Source of the DNA: an uncultured delta proteobacterium
Lineage (GTDB): Bacteria; Myxococcota_A; Polyangia; Fen-1088
DNA: 64,000 bases
Assembly (NCBI GenBank): GCA_963796685.1
Contig: CAWCMR010000005.1
Span: 32,001 to 96,000 of the forward strand
Direction: 5' to 3'
Shown: one piece after another, positions 32,531 through 42,406 of the stretch
Position numbering within the stretch: the first letter of the stretch is position 1
Layout of the letters: each line of letters opens with the position of its first letter
Notes under the pieces: model-generated
Told to the model about the DNA's origin: nothing
The model's database searches: none
Seen by the model: the letters and a program-made list of their open reading frames with translations, nothing else
Position numbers and translations under genes: made by a program

Positions 32531-34186
32531 ATGACGAGCGAGCTCGTCGGGAGGGTGGCCTTGTTCGTCGTCGTCCTGAGCAGCCCCGGCCTGTCCCGCG
32601 CAGCCCATGCGGACACGCCAACCGCCAACCCTAACGCGGGCGCGGCCCGCACGGATGGGGCCAGCGACGCAACCGCTCCGCCCGAAACCGGGGCGCCGCG
32701 TGCCGAAGAGCAACCGGCGAGCATTCGTATCACGGGCACCTCGATTCTGCCGGAGAGCGTCGCCCTGGCTGCCGTTGGCGCTCCGCCCAAACCCGGCGAA
32801 GACGTTCGCGTCTGGGGGTACGATGCGGCCCAGCGTATCGCGCGCGCCTATCGGGTGCGTGGTTACCTGTACGCCCGAGCGTGGTTCAGCGACAGCAAGC
32901 AACCCGGCGTCCTGTGGTTCGACGTCGACGAGGGCCGCATGCGCGTGTCGTTCGTCGGGATGGGCAGTATAAGCGCCACATTGTTCCGCCTGCGCCTGAA
33001 TCTGCCCGGCGGGGTCTTCCAGAAAGACAAAGTCGAGAATTCCCTCGCCGAGCAGCGGAAGGCGTTCAATCTGGCCAACGTCTACTACCGGGTCCACGAG
33101 ATCGAAAGCTCCGAAGTGACCGTGTTCGGCGAGGTCGTGGCGGCGCGTACGTTGGAGATCCATGTGGTACACGGTGAATCCTTCGGGTGGGCTCTCGATA
33201 TTTCGGTCAGCGCCGCCTGGGGCGTGGTGCCCAGCTTGAAATACAGCGCGTCCGATCTTCTTTGGCACGACGACCGATTGCGGCTCGATTGGGACATGGC
33301 ATTTCCTTACCGTCGCTACGTGTTCGACGCCGCGCCGCGAGTGACCTGGGTGCACGGTGGGCTCGATGCCTCCTACCGGCTGCCTCACTTCTTCAAGGTG
33401 CGCTCGGTCGACTTCCTCGGCTTCGCCCCACGCCTCGACTCGGCGATCTATTTTTCGCAATACGCCCGTTCCGATTTGCGGCTATCCAGCTTCTATCTCC
33501 TTCGCGATGCCACCTTGGCAAACCTGGTGTCGTCGTGGCGCGAGGTCGAGGTCTCGCTGGGCGTGGGCGCCGATTTCGCCCGCGTGTTCTTCTTGCGTAC
33601 CGCCGCCACCCAACCCGATGAGCTGCCGGTTACACCCCCCGCTGACGTCTACTCCGTGCGCAGCCTGATGCGTGCGTCCGCCAAGTGGACCTCGGCGCTG
33701 CCCTGGTTTCGACGCGATCGGCGCACCTTCACCAATCTGCTGGTCGACGTGGCTCTGCCCGCAGAAGTGCGCGCCAACCTTTGGGGGCAGTACCTGACCG
33801 TCCGGGGACGCCACCGCCTGTTCCTGCGTGGGCGCGCCATCGCCTTGGCGGGGAACGTGCCCTTCTGGGACGACGTCGAGCTCGCGGGCACTTACCAGCG
33901 GGTCTTCTTCAATGATCTCTACTGGGCCCACGACGCGGCCCAGGTCGAGGTCGCCTATCACATCCAGCTGTGGCGCGACTGGTTCGAGGTGGGCGTCTTC
34001 CACGATTTGTCCGTGTTCGAAGATCGCATCTCTTCGCCGCCCAGGCTGCGGGCGATGGACGCGTTCGGCCCCAGCGTGCACTTCCTCATCCTCGATCAAT
34101 ACGCGCTCAGCATCCACCAGGGCATCGGCTTCGCACCCGGGAAGCTCAGCCAAACCCTCTCGTTCAGTATGGAGAGTGTCTTCTAG
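32531..34186 (+). CDS. Exported protein, probable outer-membrane beta-barrel with POTRA-like N-terminus
   Basis: Signal peptide; YRVRGYLYAR..VDEGR; aromatic-rich strands; C-terminal Phe. Confidence 0.6.
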   Translation: MTSELVGRVALFVVVLSSPGLSRAAHADTPTANPNAGAARTDGASDATAPPETGAPRAEEQPASIRITGTSILPESVALAAVGAPPKPGEDVRVWGYDAAQRIARAYRVRGYLYARAWFSDSKQPGVLWFDVDEGRMRVSFVGMGSISATLFRLRLNLPGGVFQKDKVENSLAEQRKAFNLANVYYRVHEIESSEVTVFGEVVAARTLEIHVVHGESFGWALDISVSAAWGVVPSLKYSASDLLWHDDRLRLDWDMAFPYRRYVFDAAPRVTWVHGGLDASYRLPHFFKVRSVDFLGFAPRLDSAIYFSQYARSDLRLSSFYLLRDATLANLVSSWREVEVSLGVGADFARVFFLRTAATQPDELPVTPPADVYSVRSLMRASAKWTSALPWFRRDRRTFTNLLVDVALPAEVRANLWGQYLTVRGRHRLFLRGRAIALAGNVPFWDDVELAGTYQRVFFNDLYWAHDAAQVEVAYHIQLWRDWFEVGVFHDLSVFEDRISSPPRLRAMDAFGPSVHFLILDQYALSIHQGIGFAPGKLSQTLSFSMESVF

Positions 34187-34299
34187 ATAACCGATCGTGA
34201 TATGGAAATCGCGGTTTCTGTCCGTAATCGATTTGGGCCGTCACGCCTTCGTAGCGTTCACGGAACGCATGTCCATCGGATGAAACATGCGCACCGACG

Positions 34300-34776
34300 T
34301 TAACCGCTCTTTTGCCCCGACCTTCCGCCGCTTGGGTGTGAAAGTAGTCTCTTTCTCGTTTTGGCTGCCCGGTGCGCAGCGGACGAAGGAGAATTCGCGC
34401 CTCCCTCGCGTCGGCGTCTGTCAGCCGCCTGTCTGGCTTGTTTTGAAAGTGCAGTGAAGGAAGCCGCATCGCGCGGCTCCTTCCGGCGAGCTTGCAGGCT
34501 TGACCACGCCCTCTTCGGATCGGGTCGCTTGCCCGCCTCCGAGCGGGCCTGCGATGCCTTCTTCTTGCTCCCTTTCGCTCGGGGTCTAGTCATGATCCCG
34601 GCACGCCGTGCCTGGGACAGGCCAATGGCGATAGCCTGCTTTGTGTTCTTGGCCCCGTGCTTTCCCTTTCGGATATGGCGTATCTCCTCGCGTACGAACT
34701 CACCCGCCGCAGTGGACGGTGCTTTCCCTTGGGCCGTGTCACGTTTCGCTTTCTTGATTACGCTTGCATTCGGCAT
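34300..34776 (-). CDS. Basic DUF6496-type putative DNA-binding protein
   Basis: GKAPSTAAGEFVREEI..GKHGA..KQAIAIGLSQARRAG. Confidence 0.75.
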   Translation of the reverse strand: MPNASVIKKAKRDTAQGKAPSTAAGEFVREEIRHIRKGKHGAKNTKQAIAIGLSQARRAGIMTRPRAKGSKKKASQARSEAGKRPDPKRAWSSLQARRKEPRDAASFTALSKQARQAADRRRREGGANSPSSAAHRAAKTRKRLLSHPSGGRSGQKSG

Positions 34777-34828
34777 TGATTGCGTTCCTTTCAAATATTC
34801 GTGGCACTGCGCAGCCGCTTTCGCCTGC

Positions 34829-34844
34829 TGCAAAGCTGAGACCA
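34829..34844 (-). promoter_or_regulatory. sigma54-like promoter
   Basis: TGGTCTCAGCTTTGCA (GG-N10-GC). Confidence 0.5.
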
Positions 34845-34891
34845 AGATCCAGCTCACCCCGGCCTTCACGGATGCAGCCCAGAGGCAGGCC

Positions 34892-34907
34892 TGGCACGGT
34901 ATTCGCT
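34892..34907 (+). promoter_or_regulatory. sigma54-like promoter
   Basis: TGGCACGGTATTCGCT. Confidence 0.6.
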
Positions 34908-34955
34908 ACCTTTGGGTAGCGTCCCAAGCCTCGTGGCAGGAGAAACCGAATCTGA

Positions 34956-35957
34956 ATGCGAAGAACGCAAGACTGGTGGCGCTTCATGAAGCGCCTCTAT
35001 CAAGACTATGTCGATCACGGAGTGGCGGATAGCGCCTCAACTCTCAGCTACTACTTCGTCTTTTCGCTGTTTCCATTCCTCTTCTTTCTGACAACTCTCG
35101 CTGCCTACGTACCCCACGTACGAGAGTCCCTGAACCCGTTTCTGGCCAGAGCCCGCGTCATCCTGCCTCCTCAGGCAATGGCGATTATCGAGACGCACCT
35201 GCAAAATCTCGTCACTCGACCCCGTCCGCGACTACTCACGCTTGGGTTTCTCGTCGCAGTCTATTCTGCTTCGCGCGGCGTGGACGGTGTGCGCAAGGCA
35301 CTCAACCGCGCCTACGATGTGAAAGAGTCGCGGCCGCTTTGGAAGACCGAGTTGCTGGCCTTTGGTATGACTGTCGGGGGCGGCCTTCTCGTATTGGTCG
35401 GAATCAGCGTCCTGATTGCCGGCGGGGATGTCGGCCTCTGGTTGGCCCGCCACCTTCACATCGCCGACGCCTATGTGCTGGTGCTACGCTGGATTCGCTG
35501 GCCGCTGACCGCTCTCGTGATTACGTTGAGCGCCGCGCTCAGCTATTACGTCTTGCCTGACGTCGAGCAGGAATTCAAATTCATCACACCAGGCTCCGTG
35601 ATCGGGACGCTGGTCTGGTTCTTGGCAAGCTGGGGCTTCAGTGCCTACGTGACTCATTTTGGCAGCTACAATGTCACGTACGGCTCCATTGGTGGCGTGA
35701 TCGTGCTGATGACCTGGTTCTACATCACTGGCTTCATCCTTCTCATGGGCGGTGAAGTGAACGCGCTCCTCGAGGCATCGGTCTCGGGCGGCAAGCAGCG
35801 TGGCGCACGTGCACCCGACGAATCGCCGCCGCCGCCCGAAGAGCGTCCGAGTGCGATGCCCGTTGGCGCGTCCGATACGGCAAGCGCTGCCAGCCGCTCG
35901 CGTGGCGGCAATCGTCGAACGGAACGCCAAACGATGAAGAGAACGAATCACCGATGA
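34956..35957 (+). CDS. YihY/BrkB family membrane protein
   Basis: LSYYFVFSLFP, ALNRAY, YNVTYGSIGGVIVLMTWFY..LMGGEVN. Confidence 0.92.
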   Translation: MRRTQDWWRFMKRLYQDYVDHGVADSASTLSYYFVFSLFPFLFFLTTLAAYVPHVRESLNPFLARARVILPPQAMAIIETHLQNLVTRPRPRLLTLGFLVAVYSASRGVDGVRKALNRAYDVKESRPLWKTELLAFGMTVGGGLLVLVGISVLIAGGDVGLWLARHLHIADAYVLVLRWIRWPLTALVITLSAALSYYVLPDVEQEFKFITPGSVIGTLVWFLASWGFSAYVTHFGSYNVTYGSIGGVIVLMTWFYITGFILLMGGEVNALLEASVSGGKQRGARAPDESPPPPEERPSAMPVGASDTASAASRSRGGNRRTERQTMKRTNHR

Positions 35958-37124
35958 GTGCCCATCACGCACGTACCGGGCGGCCCCGCCGCGTCCTCAT
36001 CGCCGCCAGCGTCATCGTGGCCTTGGCAGTCGTTGTCCGCCTTGTCTTGGACCCGATTGCCGCGCACTACACGCGCAAGGCGCTCGCTGCATCGGACACC
36101 GTGAACGGCGCCTTCGAGAAGGTACACGTCAGCGCGTTCCCCCCGCGATACGCAATTTCGCGGCTCAAGATCATCGCAGCACGCGGTGGCAACTGGGACG
36201 AACCCCTGTTCTACGCTCCTCGAGCTATGGCGGTGGTGGATTGGAGGCGCCTTTTCCACGCCGAGTTGGCCTTCAGCGTGCGCCTGGACGAGCCCAAGGT
36301 CATCGTCGTTACAAAGGCGCCATCAGGTGCCAAGCCGGAGCGTCCTACAACACCGCCGCTGGAAGCTCCGCGCCTCTCTGCAAAAGCTGCTGCCAGCACG
36401 TGCAAAGAGGGTCGAGATCCGCCAGGGGGAGGTCCTCTTTCGCGACAGAGCCGCTCCACGTCATCCCGAGATTTGGGTTCATCACATCGAGCTCGTTCTC
36501 GAAAACTTGACGACTCGAAAGGAGCTGGCGCAGGGGCAACCCGCCACGCTCAGCGCCCGTGCGACCCTTGGCCACAGCGGTGCAGCTACCCTCTTCATCT
36601 CCGCCGACCTGTTTGCCATCAAGCCCGACTTTGCCGGGACTCTGACTCTGCGCGGTTGGAAGGTGGCAGAGCTCTTCGATCTCGTGGAGCCGGCGACGCA
36701 CTTGCAGACGTCGCAGGGTACCCTTAGCATCTTCGCCAAGTTCCGGGCCCACGGAGGCATCATCTCGGGCGGCATCAAACCGGTGCTCGAGAACATCGAG
36801 GTTCGACCAATCGAGAGTACCATGCTCAACGAGTTGAAAGCGTGGGTCGCGGACAAGGGTATCCAACTGTTCTCAGACCGCGTCCCCGGTCGCGATGCCG
36901 TCGCGACAGTTGTTCCTATCGAGGGGCACCTCGCGCAACCGGACCTCGAGCTGTTCCCCGCAATTCTGGGCGTTGTGCGCAACGCGTTCATCGAGGGCGT
37001 CTCTGCCGGCTTCGCGCATCTTCCGCCGCCTGCAGCACCCCGAAAACAGGGGTTGCTCACGCAAATCGAGCACTCCTTCGAGAAGGACAAGGGGCCGCCC
37101 AAGGCGCAACCACCGAAGAAATGA
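35954..37124 (+). CDS. DUF748-like protein (frameshift near 36355)
   Basis: N-terminal anchor in one frame; GGIKPVL..ATVVPIEG..VVRNAFIEG in the next. Confidence 0.7.
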
Positions 37125-37130
37125 GCAGCC

Positions 37131-37562
37131 ATGAGACTGTTGACCCTGCGACGTTGGATTCTCGGAGTGACCGCAATGCCCATCCTTGCCTGCGCCCATG
37201 CCAAGAGGACCGACGCCACGACGCCGGCCGCGAACGAGCCGACAACCGAGCACGCTGCCGCCAAAGCAGCACCCCATTCTGACGGAGCCGAGGCGGTGTC
37301 GGCGGATGGTCATCGCAGCACGACGCCGATCGCCGCGCGCCCCGAAGGTCTGCTCAAGAAGGGTGCCGAGCAGAAGATTCGCGACAAGTTGTCCGAGGAC
37401 GGATTGCTCGAGGATGGAAAGACCTCTACCGAAACGGCACTGCGCCGATTCCAGGGCTCGCATGACCTACCCACGACCGGCATCCCCGATCACGAGACGA
37501 TAAAGAAGCTGGGGCTCGCTCCCGACGATGTCTTTCGCAAAGCGCCCACTCCGTCAAGGTAG
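37131..37562 (+). CDS. Lipoprotein with peptidoglycan-binding domain
   Basis: Lipobox ILAC; TALRRFQ..LPTTGIPDHETIKKLGL. Confidence 0.8.
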   Translation: MRLLTLRRWILGVTAMPILACAHAKRTDATTPAANEPTTEHAAAKAAPHSDGAEAVSADGHRSTTPIAARPEGLLKKGAEQKIRDKLSEDGLLEDGKTSTETALRRFQGSHDLPTTGIPDHETIKKLGLAPDDVFRKAPTPSR

Positions 37563-37646
37563 AGACTGCCGCCCTGTCTGTCGACGAGCTTGCACGCCCG
37601 CCAACCGCCTTCCTCGTGGTCACGGTCGGCTCTTCTCCGGACGTGT

Positions 37647-37955
37647 TTAGGTTCGATTATAAAGCCGTCGCAACTCGGCCTTCGCGCGCTCGAGCACCTG
37701 ACGTTGGGTTCTTGGCAGTTTTGGACCCGCGCGATTGATGTAGAAGACGAGCATTGACATCGCGGATCGGAAAGGTTCCGCCTTCCGCCGTCGACTCAGG
37801 TCAGCGGAACGCTTCAGCGACTGGGCCACCAATCGAGCGCTGCGCTGGCGGAATACGCCAGGCTCGAGATCGAGGGCATCGCTGCTGCGGGTAACGCGGG
37901 CAGACCACTTGCGCGTGACTCCTGGTCGACTAGAACGCTGTGTTGCCTGGGCCAT
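37647..37955 (-). CDS. DUF3175 family protein
   Basis: KWSARVT..SDALDLEPGVF..SLKRSA..PFRSAMSML.FYINRAG. Confidence 0.85.
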   Translation of the reverse strand: MAQATQRSSRPGVTRKWSARVTRSSDALDLEPGVFRQRSARLVAQSLKRSADLSRRRKAEPFRSAMSMLVFYINRAGPKLPRTQRQVLERAKAELRRLYNRT

Positions 37956-37995
37956 GCGAAGTCCTTGCCCGTTCCTCTTCTTCGGCGATGGACCA

Positions 37996-38580
37996 TCACA
38001 CGTGCAAGAGCTTGAACCCGATGTCGGTTCCCATTCCCATTGCATAGCCGAGTTGGATGTTGAGACAAGCGAGCGGCTCGAGGAAACGCGCAATGCGCAG
38101 GAGCCCCGCGTCCACCACGTCGAATCCAATCGAGCGACCAAGATCGATGACGATAGCCTTTGCCTTGGCATCGTCACCGGCGACGAAGGTGGTCAGTCGC
38201 TGCTCACCCAGATGGCCTTTGTCCATATGCTGAGCAAAGACAGCATTGAAAGCCTTTACGACTCGCGCCTTGGGTACCTTGTTTTGCAGTTCTTCTGCAC
38301 CGCTTGTATCGAAACCCACCGCCCAGCTCTTGTCCGGTGCGAGAGCATTGGTCACGTCGATAACGATCTTCCCATCCAGAGCTGTGCCCGTTTCTCTTAC
38401 TACGGAATCAAGGGAAGTGAACGGCACCGCGACCACGACGATACTGGCCCACTCGGCAATCTCCCGCACGGTCTTTCCATCATGGCCCGCCGTTCTCACT
38501 TCGTTTCCAGTCCTCTTGAAACCGCGCTCCAGCGCGCTTCCGACTTTGCCTCTACCGACAATTCCGAGCTGCTGTGTCAT
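37996..38580 (-). CDS. NADPH-dependent F420 reductase-like oxidoreductase
   Basis: GRGKVG, IDVTN, SGAEELQ, VVKAFN, AGDD. Confidence 0.88.
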   Translation of the reverse strand: MTQQLGIVGRGKVGSALERGFKRTGNEVRTAGHDGKTVREIAEWASIVVVAVPFTSLDSVVRETGTALDGKIVIDVTNALAPDKSWAVGFDTSGAEELQNKVPKARVVKAFNAVFAQHMDKGHLGEQRLTTFVAGDDAKAKAIVIDLGRSIGFDVVDAGLLRIARFLEPLACLNIQLGYAMGMGTDIGFKLLHV

Positions 38581-38633
38581 CTCGTCCTCCTATCTTGGGC
38601 ATGTTGGGTATATGGGAATCCGAGTCCGATCCC

Positions 38634-38649
38634 AGCAAGGCACATACCA
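38634..38649 (-). promoter_or_regulatory. sigma54-like promoter
   Basis: TGGTATGTGCCTTGCT. Confidence 0.6.
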
Positions 38650-38779
38650 GACACAGCAGTTAGCTAAGCTACTGCATGGATTCTCAGAATCGGTGTCCCA
38701 TTGGTCACTTCACGGCCACGTCGGTTACGAACGCGTGACGACCCGACAGCTCGTCGCAGCGGCCACGCCAACGGTCCGT

Positions 38780-38795
38780 CGGCTCGTGTTTTGCA
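38780..38795 (+). promoter_or_regulatory. sigma54-like promoter
   Basis: CGGCTCGTGTTTTGCA. Confidence 0.5.
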
Positions 38796-38807
38796 GTGAG
38801 CTCGAGC

Positions 38808-39179
38808 ATGCTTACGATTGGCAAGAAGGTCTGGGCGATTGCAGAAGGGTACATTCCCTCTGAAGGGAACGGACCTAGTCCCGAGATGCTAAGCCACGAA
38901 ACCGCCTGCTTGCTCAATGTTGCGGACCTGGACGCCCATGTCCGCATCACGCTTTACTTCTCTGACCACGAGCCGGTGGGTCCGTACCTCGTGACGCTTC
39001 CCGCACGACGCACCTTACATCTGCGCTTCAACGATCTGCACGAGCCGGCGCCCGTGCCTCGGGGCACTGACTACGCAAGTGTGATCGAATCCGATGTACC
39101 CATTGTCGTCCAACATACTCGGCTCGATACACGGCAGGCCGAGGCCGCTCTGCTGTCAACCGTCGCGTACTTCCAATGA
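38808..39179 (+). CDS. Sensory rhodopsin transducer (ASRT) family protein
   Basis: GKKVWAIAEGYIP, SHETACLLN, YASVIESDVPIVVQHTRLD. Confidence 0.9.
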   Translation: MLTIGKKVWAIAEGYIPSEGNGPSPEMLSHETACLLNVADLDAHVRITLYFSDHEPVGPYLVTLPARRTLHLRFNDLHEPAPVPRGTDYASVIESDVPIVVQHTRLDTRQAEAALLSTVAYFQ

Positions 39180-39216
39180 GCGTCGCCAGGAAAACAACCA
39201 TGACGGAGCCCGGATC

Positions 39217-42200
39217 GTGAGAGCCCCATTGGATCTCGCCCGTCTACGCACCCGAGCAGAGCCTGGGCGTTTGAAGCGTTTGCACACCGACGACGCACGG
39301 TCGGCCATCGGTCGGGAAGCGGTGCGCGCGCTCTCGTCCGATCTGGTGCGCGTCATCGAGGGCGAGGTTCGTTTCGACGAAGGCAGCCGCGCCTTGTACG
39401 CCACCGATGGCTCCAACTATCGTCAAGCGCCGATTGGCGTGGTCATTCCGCGACACGCGCAAGACGTGGAGAACACGGTGCGCTTGGCGCGCAAGTACAA
39501 CGCGCCTTTGCTTTCGCGCGGAGGCGGCACCAGCCTGGCAGGACAGTGCTGCAATGTCGCGGTGGTGATGGATTTCTCGAAGTACATGCACCACGTACTC
39601 GAGATCGATTCTGGACAGAAGCTGGCCAGGGTCGAGCCGGGGTGTGTGCTCGATCGCTTGCGCGAGGCGGCTACCCGCGAGGCGGATCTGACCGTCGGCC
39701 CGGATCCTGCAACGCACAGTCGCTGTACTCTGGGCGGCATGTTGGGGAACAACTCGTGCGGCAGCCACTCTTTGCTTAGCAAGAAGCACGGACTCGGGCT
39801 GCGCACCAGTGACAACACGCAGTCGCTCGACGTGCTGCTATACGACGGCACCCGGCTCCACGTCGGTGCGACGCCACCCGACAAGCTGGAGATGTTCAGC
39901 CGACAGGGCGGGCGTGTGGGCGAAATCTACGACGGCCTACGCGGGCTGGTCGACCGTTACGGCCAGGTGATCCGCGAGCATTATCCCAAGCTCGGTCGGC
40001 GCGTGTCCGGCTACAACCTCGACGACCTTTTGCCCGAGAATGGCTTCCACGTCGCGCGCGCCCTCGTGGGTTCGGAGTCCACGCTGGTGACCATCTTGGA
40101 GGCCACGTTGCATCTGGTGCCCGCGCCGAAGCAGCGTACTGTCGTGATGCTCGGTTTTACCGACGTGGTCGAGGCGGCCCACTGTTCGGTCGAGGTGCTC
40201 GCCTTCGAGCCCATCGCCTGCGAAGCCATCGACGACCTGTTGTTCCGTGACGTGCGGAAGAAGGGCGACGAGAACGCGAGCCTGGCCATCTTGCCGCGCG
40301 GACCGGCGTTTCTGCTGGTTGAATTCGGCGGCGAATCCAAGGCCGAAACCGACGGGCAAGCCGGGCGCATGATTGAGCACCTCGGCAAGCTCAAGAAACA
40401 CCGGCCGGTCGATCATAGGGCGTACGACGATCGCGAGCACGAAGACATGGTGTGGTCCGTGCGCGAGGGCGCGCTCGGCAGCACGGCCTGGGTGCCCGGC
40501 CTGCCCGACGCGTGGCCCGGCTGGGAAGATTCAGCGGTACCAGTCGAGAGGGTGGCCGACTATGTGCACGAGCTACGCGATCTCTTCCATACCTTCGGCT
40601 ACAACCCGGCGCTCTACGGTCACATGGGCCAGGGTTGCATTCACTGCCGCGTCGGCTTCGATTTGTACACGCAAGCCGGCATCGACCATTGGCGCGGGTT
40701 TCTCGATCAGGCGGTAGCGCTCGTCACCAAGTTTGGCGGCGTGGCTTCGGGCGAACACGGCGACGGTCAGGCTCGCGCGGAACTACTACCCAAGATCTAT
40801 GGGCCAGAGCTGATGCAGGCTTTTGCCGATTTCAAGCGCATCTGGGATCCCGACAACCGTATGAATCGCGGCAAAGTCATCGACCTGGACGGCGCCGCAT
40901 ATTTGGTCACCCAGAACCTGCGCGTAGGACCTGATTACAACCCACCCCAGCCGGCGACCCATTTCACCTACGTCGAGGATCATCACGACTTCGGCCGCGC
41001 CGTTCTTCGTTGTGTGGGCGTTGGTGCTTGCCGACGCGAGGGAGGGGGAACCATGTGCCCCTCGTACATGGTGACCCGCGAAGAGCAGAGCTCGACCCGC
41101 GGCCGGGCGCGCATGCTGTTCGAGATGATGAATGGCGAGATCATCACCGACGGCTGGAAGAGCGAGGCCGTCAAAGACGCCCTGGATCTGTGCCTGTCGT
41201 GCAAGGGCTGCAAGGGGGAGTGCCCGGTCAACGTCGACATGGCGACCTACAAGGCGGAATTCCTGAGCCACTACTACCAAGGCCGCCTGCGGCCGCGCCA
41301 TGCCTACGCCTTTGGCCTGATCCATCACTGGGCGCGGCTGGCGTCGCACATGCCCGGATTGGCCAACCTCATGACCCAGACATCAGGATTGTCGGCAGTG
41401 GCCAAGTGGCTGGCCGGAGCCCATCCGGCGCGCGTGCTGCCGCCCTTCGCTGCGCGCTCGTTCCAGACCTGGTTCCGCACGCACGCGCGGCTCAACCAAG
41501 CGGCCCAGCAGGTCTTGCTGTTTCCCGACACGTTCAACAACTACTTTCACCCCGACGTCGCCATCGCCGCGACCCATGTGCTCGAACGGGCGGGCTTCGA
41601 CGTGCGGGTGCCCTCGCAAGATCTCTGCTGCGGCCGGCCCCTTTACGACTACGGCTTTCTCGACCGGGCCACACGTCAGTGGTGCGGGTTGCTCGACAAG
41701 CTGCGCCCGTACCTGCAGGCCAGTATTCCCATGGTGGTGCTCGAACCGAGTTGCTATTCGGCCTTCAAGGACGAGCTCTGCAACCTGATGCCGAACGATC
41801 AGGACGCGCGGCGCCTCAGCGAGCTGAGCATGACCCTGAGCGAGTTTCTGCGTCGTCACGCCCCCGGCTTCTCCCCTCCCAAAGTGGCCCGCAAGGCCTT
41901 GCTGCACGGCCACTGCCATCAGAAGGCCCTTGACACGCGCAACGACAAGGAGCTGGGCAAGCTGTTCGCCGAAAAGGCCGTGCTGGCCAAGCTGGGCATC
42001 GAGGTGAGGCAGCCTGAAGTCGGGTGTTGCGGAATGGCAGGCGCCTTCGGCTACGAGAAGAGCAACGACCACTACGAGGTCAGCATCGCCTGCGGCGAGC
42101 GGATGCTCTTGCCCGAGGTTCGTCAGACGCCGGCAGGGGAAATCATCATCGCCGACGGCTTCAGCTGCCAGGAGCAAATTTTGCAAAGCACGGACCGCCA

Positions 42201-42396
42201 CGCGCTACACGTCGCGCAAGTGCTGGACCTGGCTTCGGGCGGCGGCATCCCGCCGACGCTGCCCGAGCGTCCGATGGTCGAGCAGCGCAATCGCACGACG
42301 CGCGCATTGGCCGTGCGCACCGGACTGGTGCTGGGTGGCGCTGCGATCGCGTTGTTGCTGGGTTGGCGGTCGTGGAGAGGGACGCGCGGAAGGTAG
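39217..42396 (+). CDS. FAD-binding and Fe-S-binding oxidoreductase (GlcD/GlpC-type); start uncertain
   Basis: RGGGTSLAGQ, GEHGDG, CVGVGAC, CLSCKGCKGECP, CCG, HGHCHQ. Confidence 0.92.
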   Translation: MRAPLDLARLRTRAEPGRLKRLHTDDARSAIGREAVRALSSDLVRVIEGEVRFDEGSRALYATDGSNYRQAPIGVVIPRHAQDVENTVRLARKYNAPLLSRGGGTSLAGQCCNVAVVMDFSKYMHHVLEIDSGQKLARVEPGCVLDRLREAATREADLTVGPDPATHSRCTLGGMLGNNSCGSHSLLSKKHGLGLRTSDNTQSLDVLLYDGTRLHVGATPPDKLEMFSRQGGRVGEIYDGLRGLVDRYGQVIREHYPKLGRRVSGYNLDDLLPENGFHVARALVGSESTLVTILEATLHLVPAPKQRTVVMLGFTDVVEAAHCSVEVLAFEPIACEAIDDLLFRDVRKKGDENASLAILPRGPAFLLVEFGGESKAETDGQAGRMIEHLGKLKKHRPVDHRAYDDREHEDMVWSVREGALGSTAWVPGLPDAWPGWEDSAVPVERVADYVHELRDLFHTFGYNPALYGHMGQGCIHCRVGFDLYTQAGIDHWRGFLDQAVALVTKFGGVASGEHGDGQARAELLPKIYGPELMQAFADFKRIWDPDNRMNRGKVIDLDGAAYLVTQNLRVGPDYNPPQPATHFTYVEDHHDFGRAVLRCVGVGACRREGGGTMCPSYMVTREEQSSTRGRARMLFEMMNGEIITDGWKSEAVKDALDLCLSCKGCKGECPVNVDMATYKAEFLSHYYQGRLRPRHAYAFGLIHHWARLASHMPGLANLMTQTSGLSAVAKWLAGAHPARVLPPFAARSFQTWFRTHARLNQAAQQVLLFPDTFNNYFHPDVAIAATHVLERAGFDVRVPSQDLCCGRPLYDYGFLDRATRQWCGLLDKLRPYLQASIPMVVLEPSCYSAFKDELCNLMPNDQDARRLSELSMTLSEFLRRHAPGFSPPKVARKALLHGHCHQKALDTRNDKELGKLFAEKAVLAKLGIEVRQPEVGCCGMAGAFGYEKSNDHYEVSIACGERMLLPEVRQTPAGEIIIADGFSCQEQILQSTDRHALHVAQVLDLASGGGIPPTLPERPMVEQRNRTTRALAVRTGLVLGGAAIALLLGWRSWRGTRGR

Positions 42397-42406
42397 GGAG
42401 GAGCCA

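Noticed and set aside
4524-33000. Integron cassette array
   Set aside because: No integrase or recurring attC-like palindromes were seen, gene orientations are mixed, and many genes are truncated.
38808-39179. Light-sensing rhodopsin system
   Set aside because: No 7-TM rhodopsin gene is nearby, and ASRT domains commonly occur without one.
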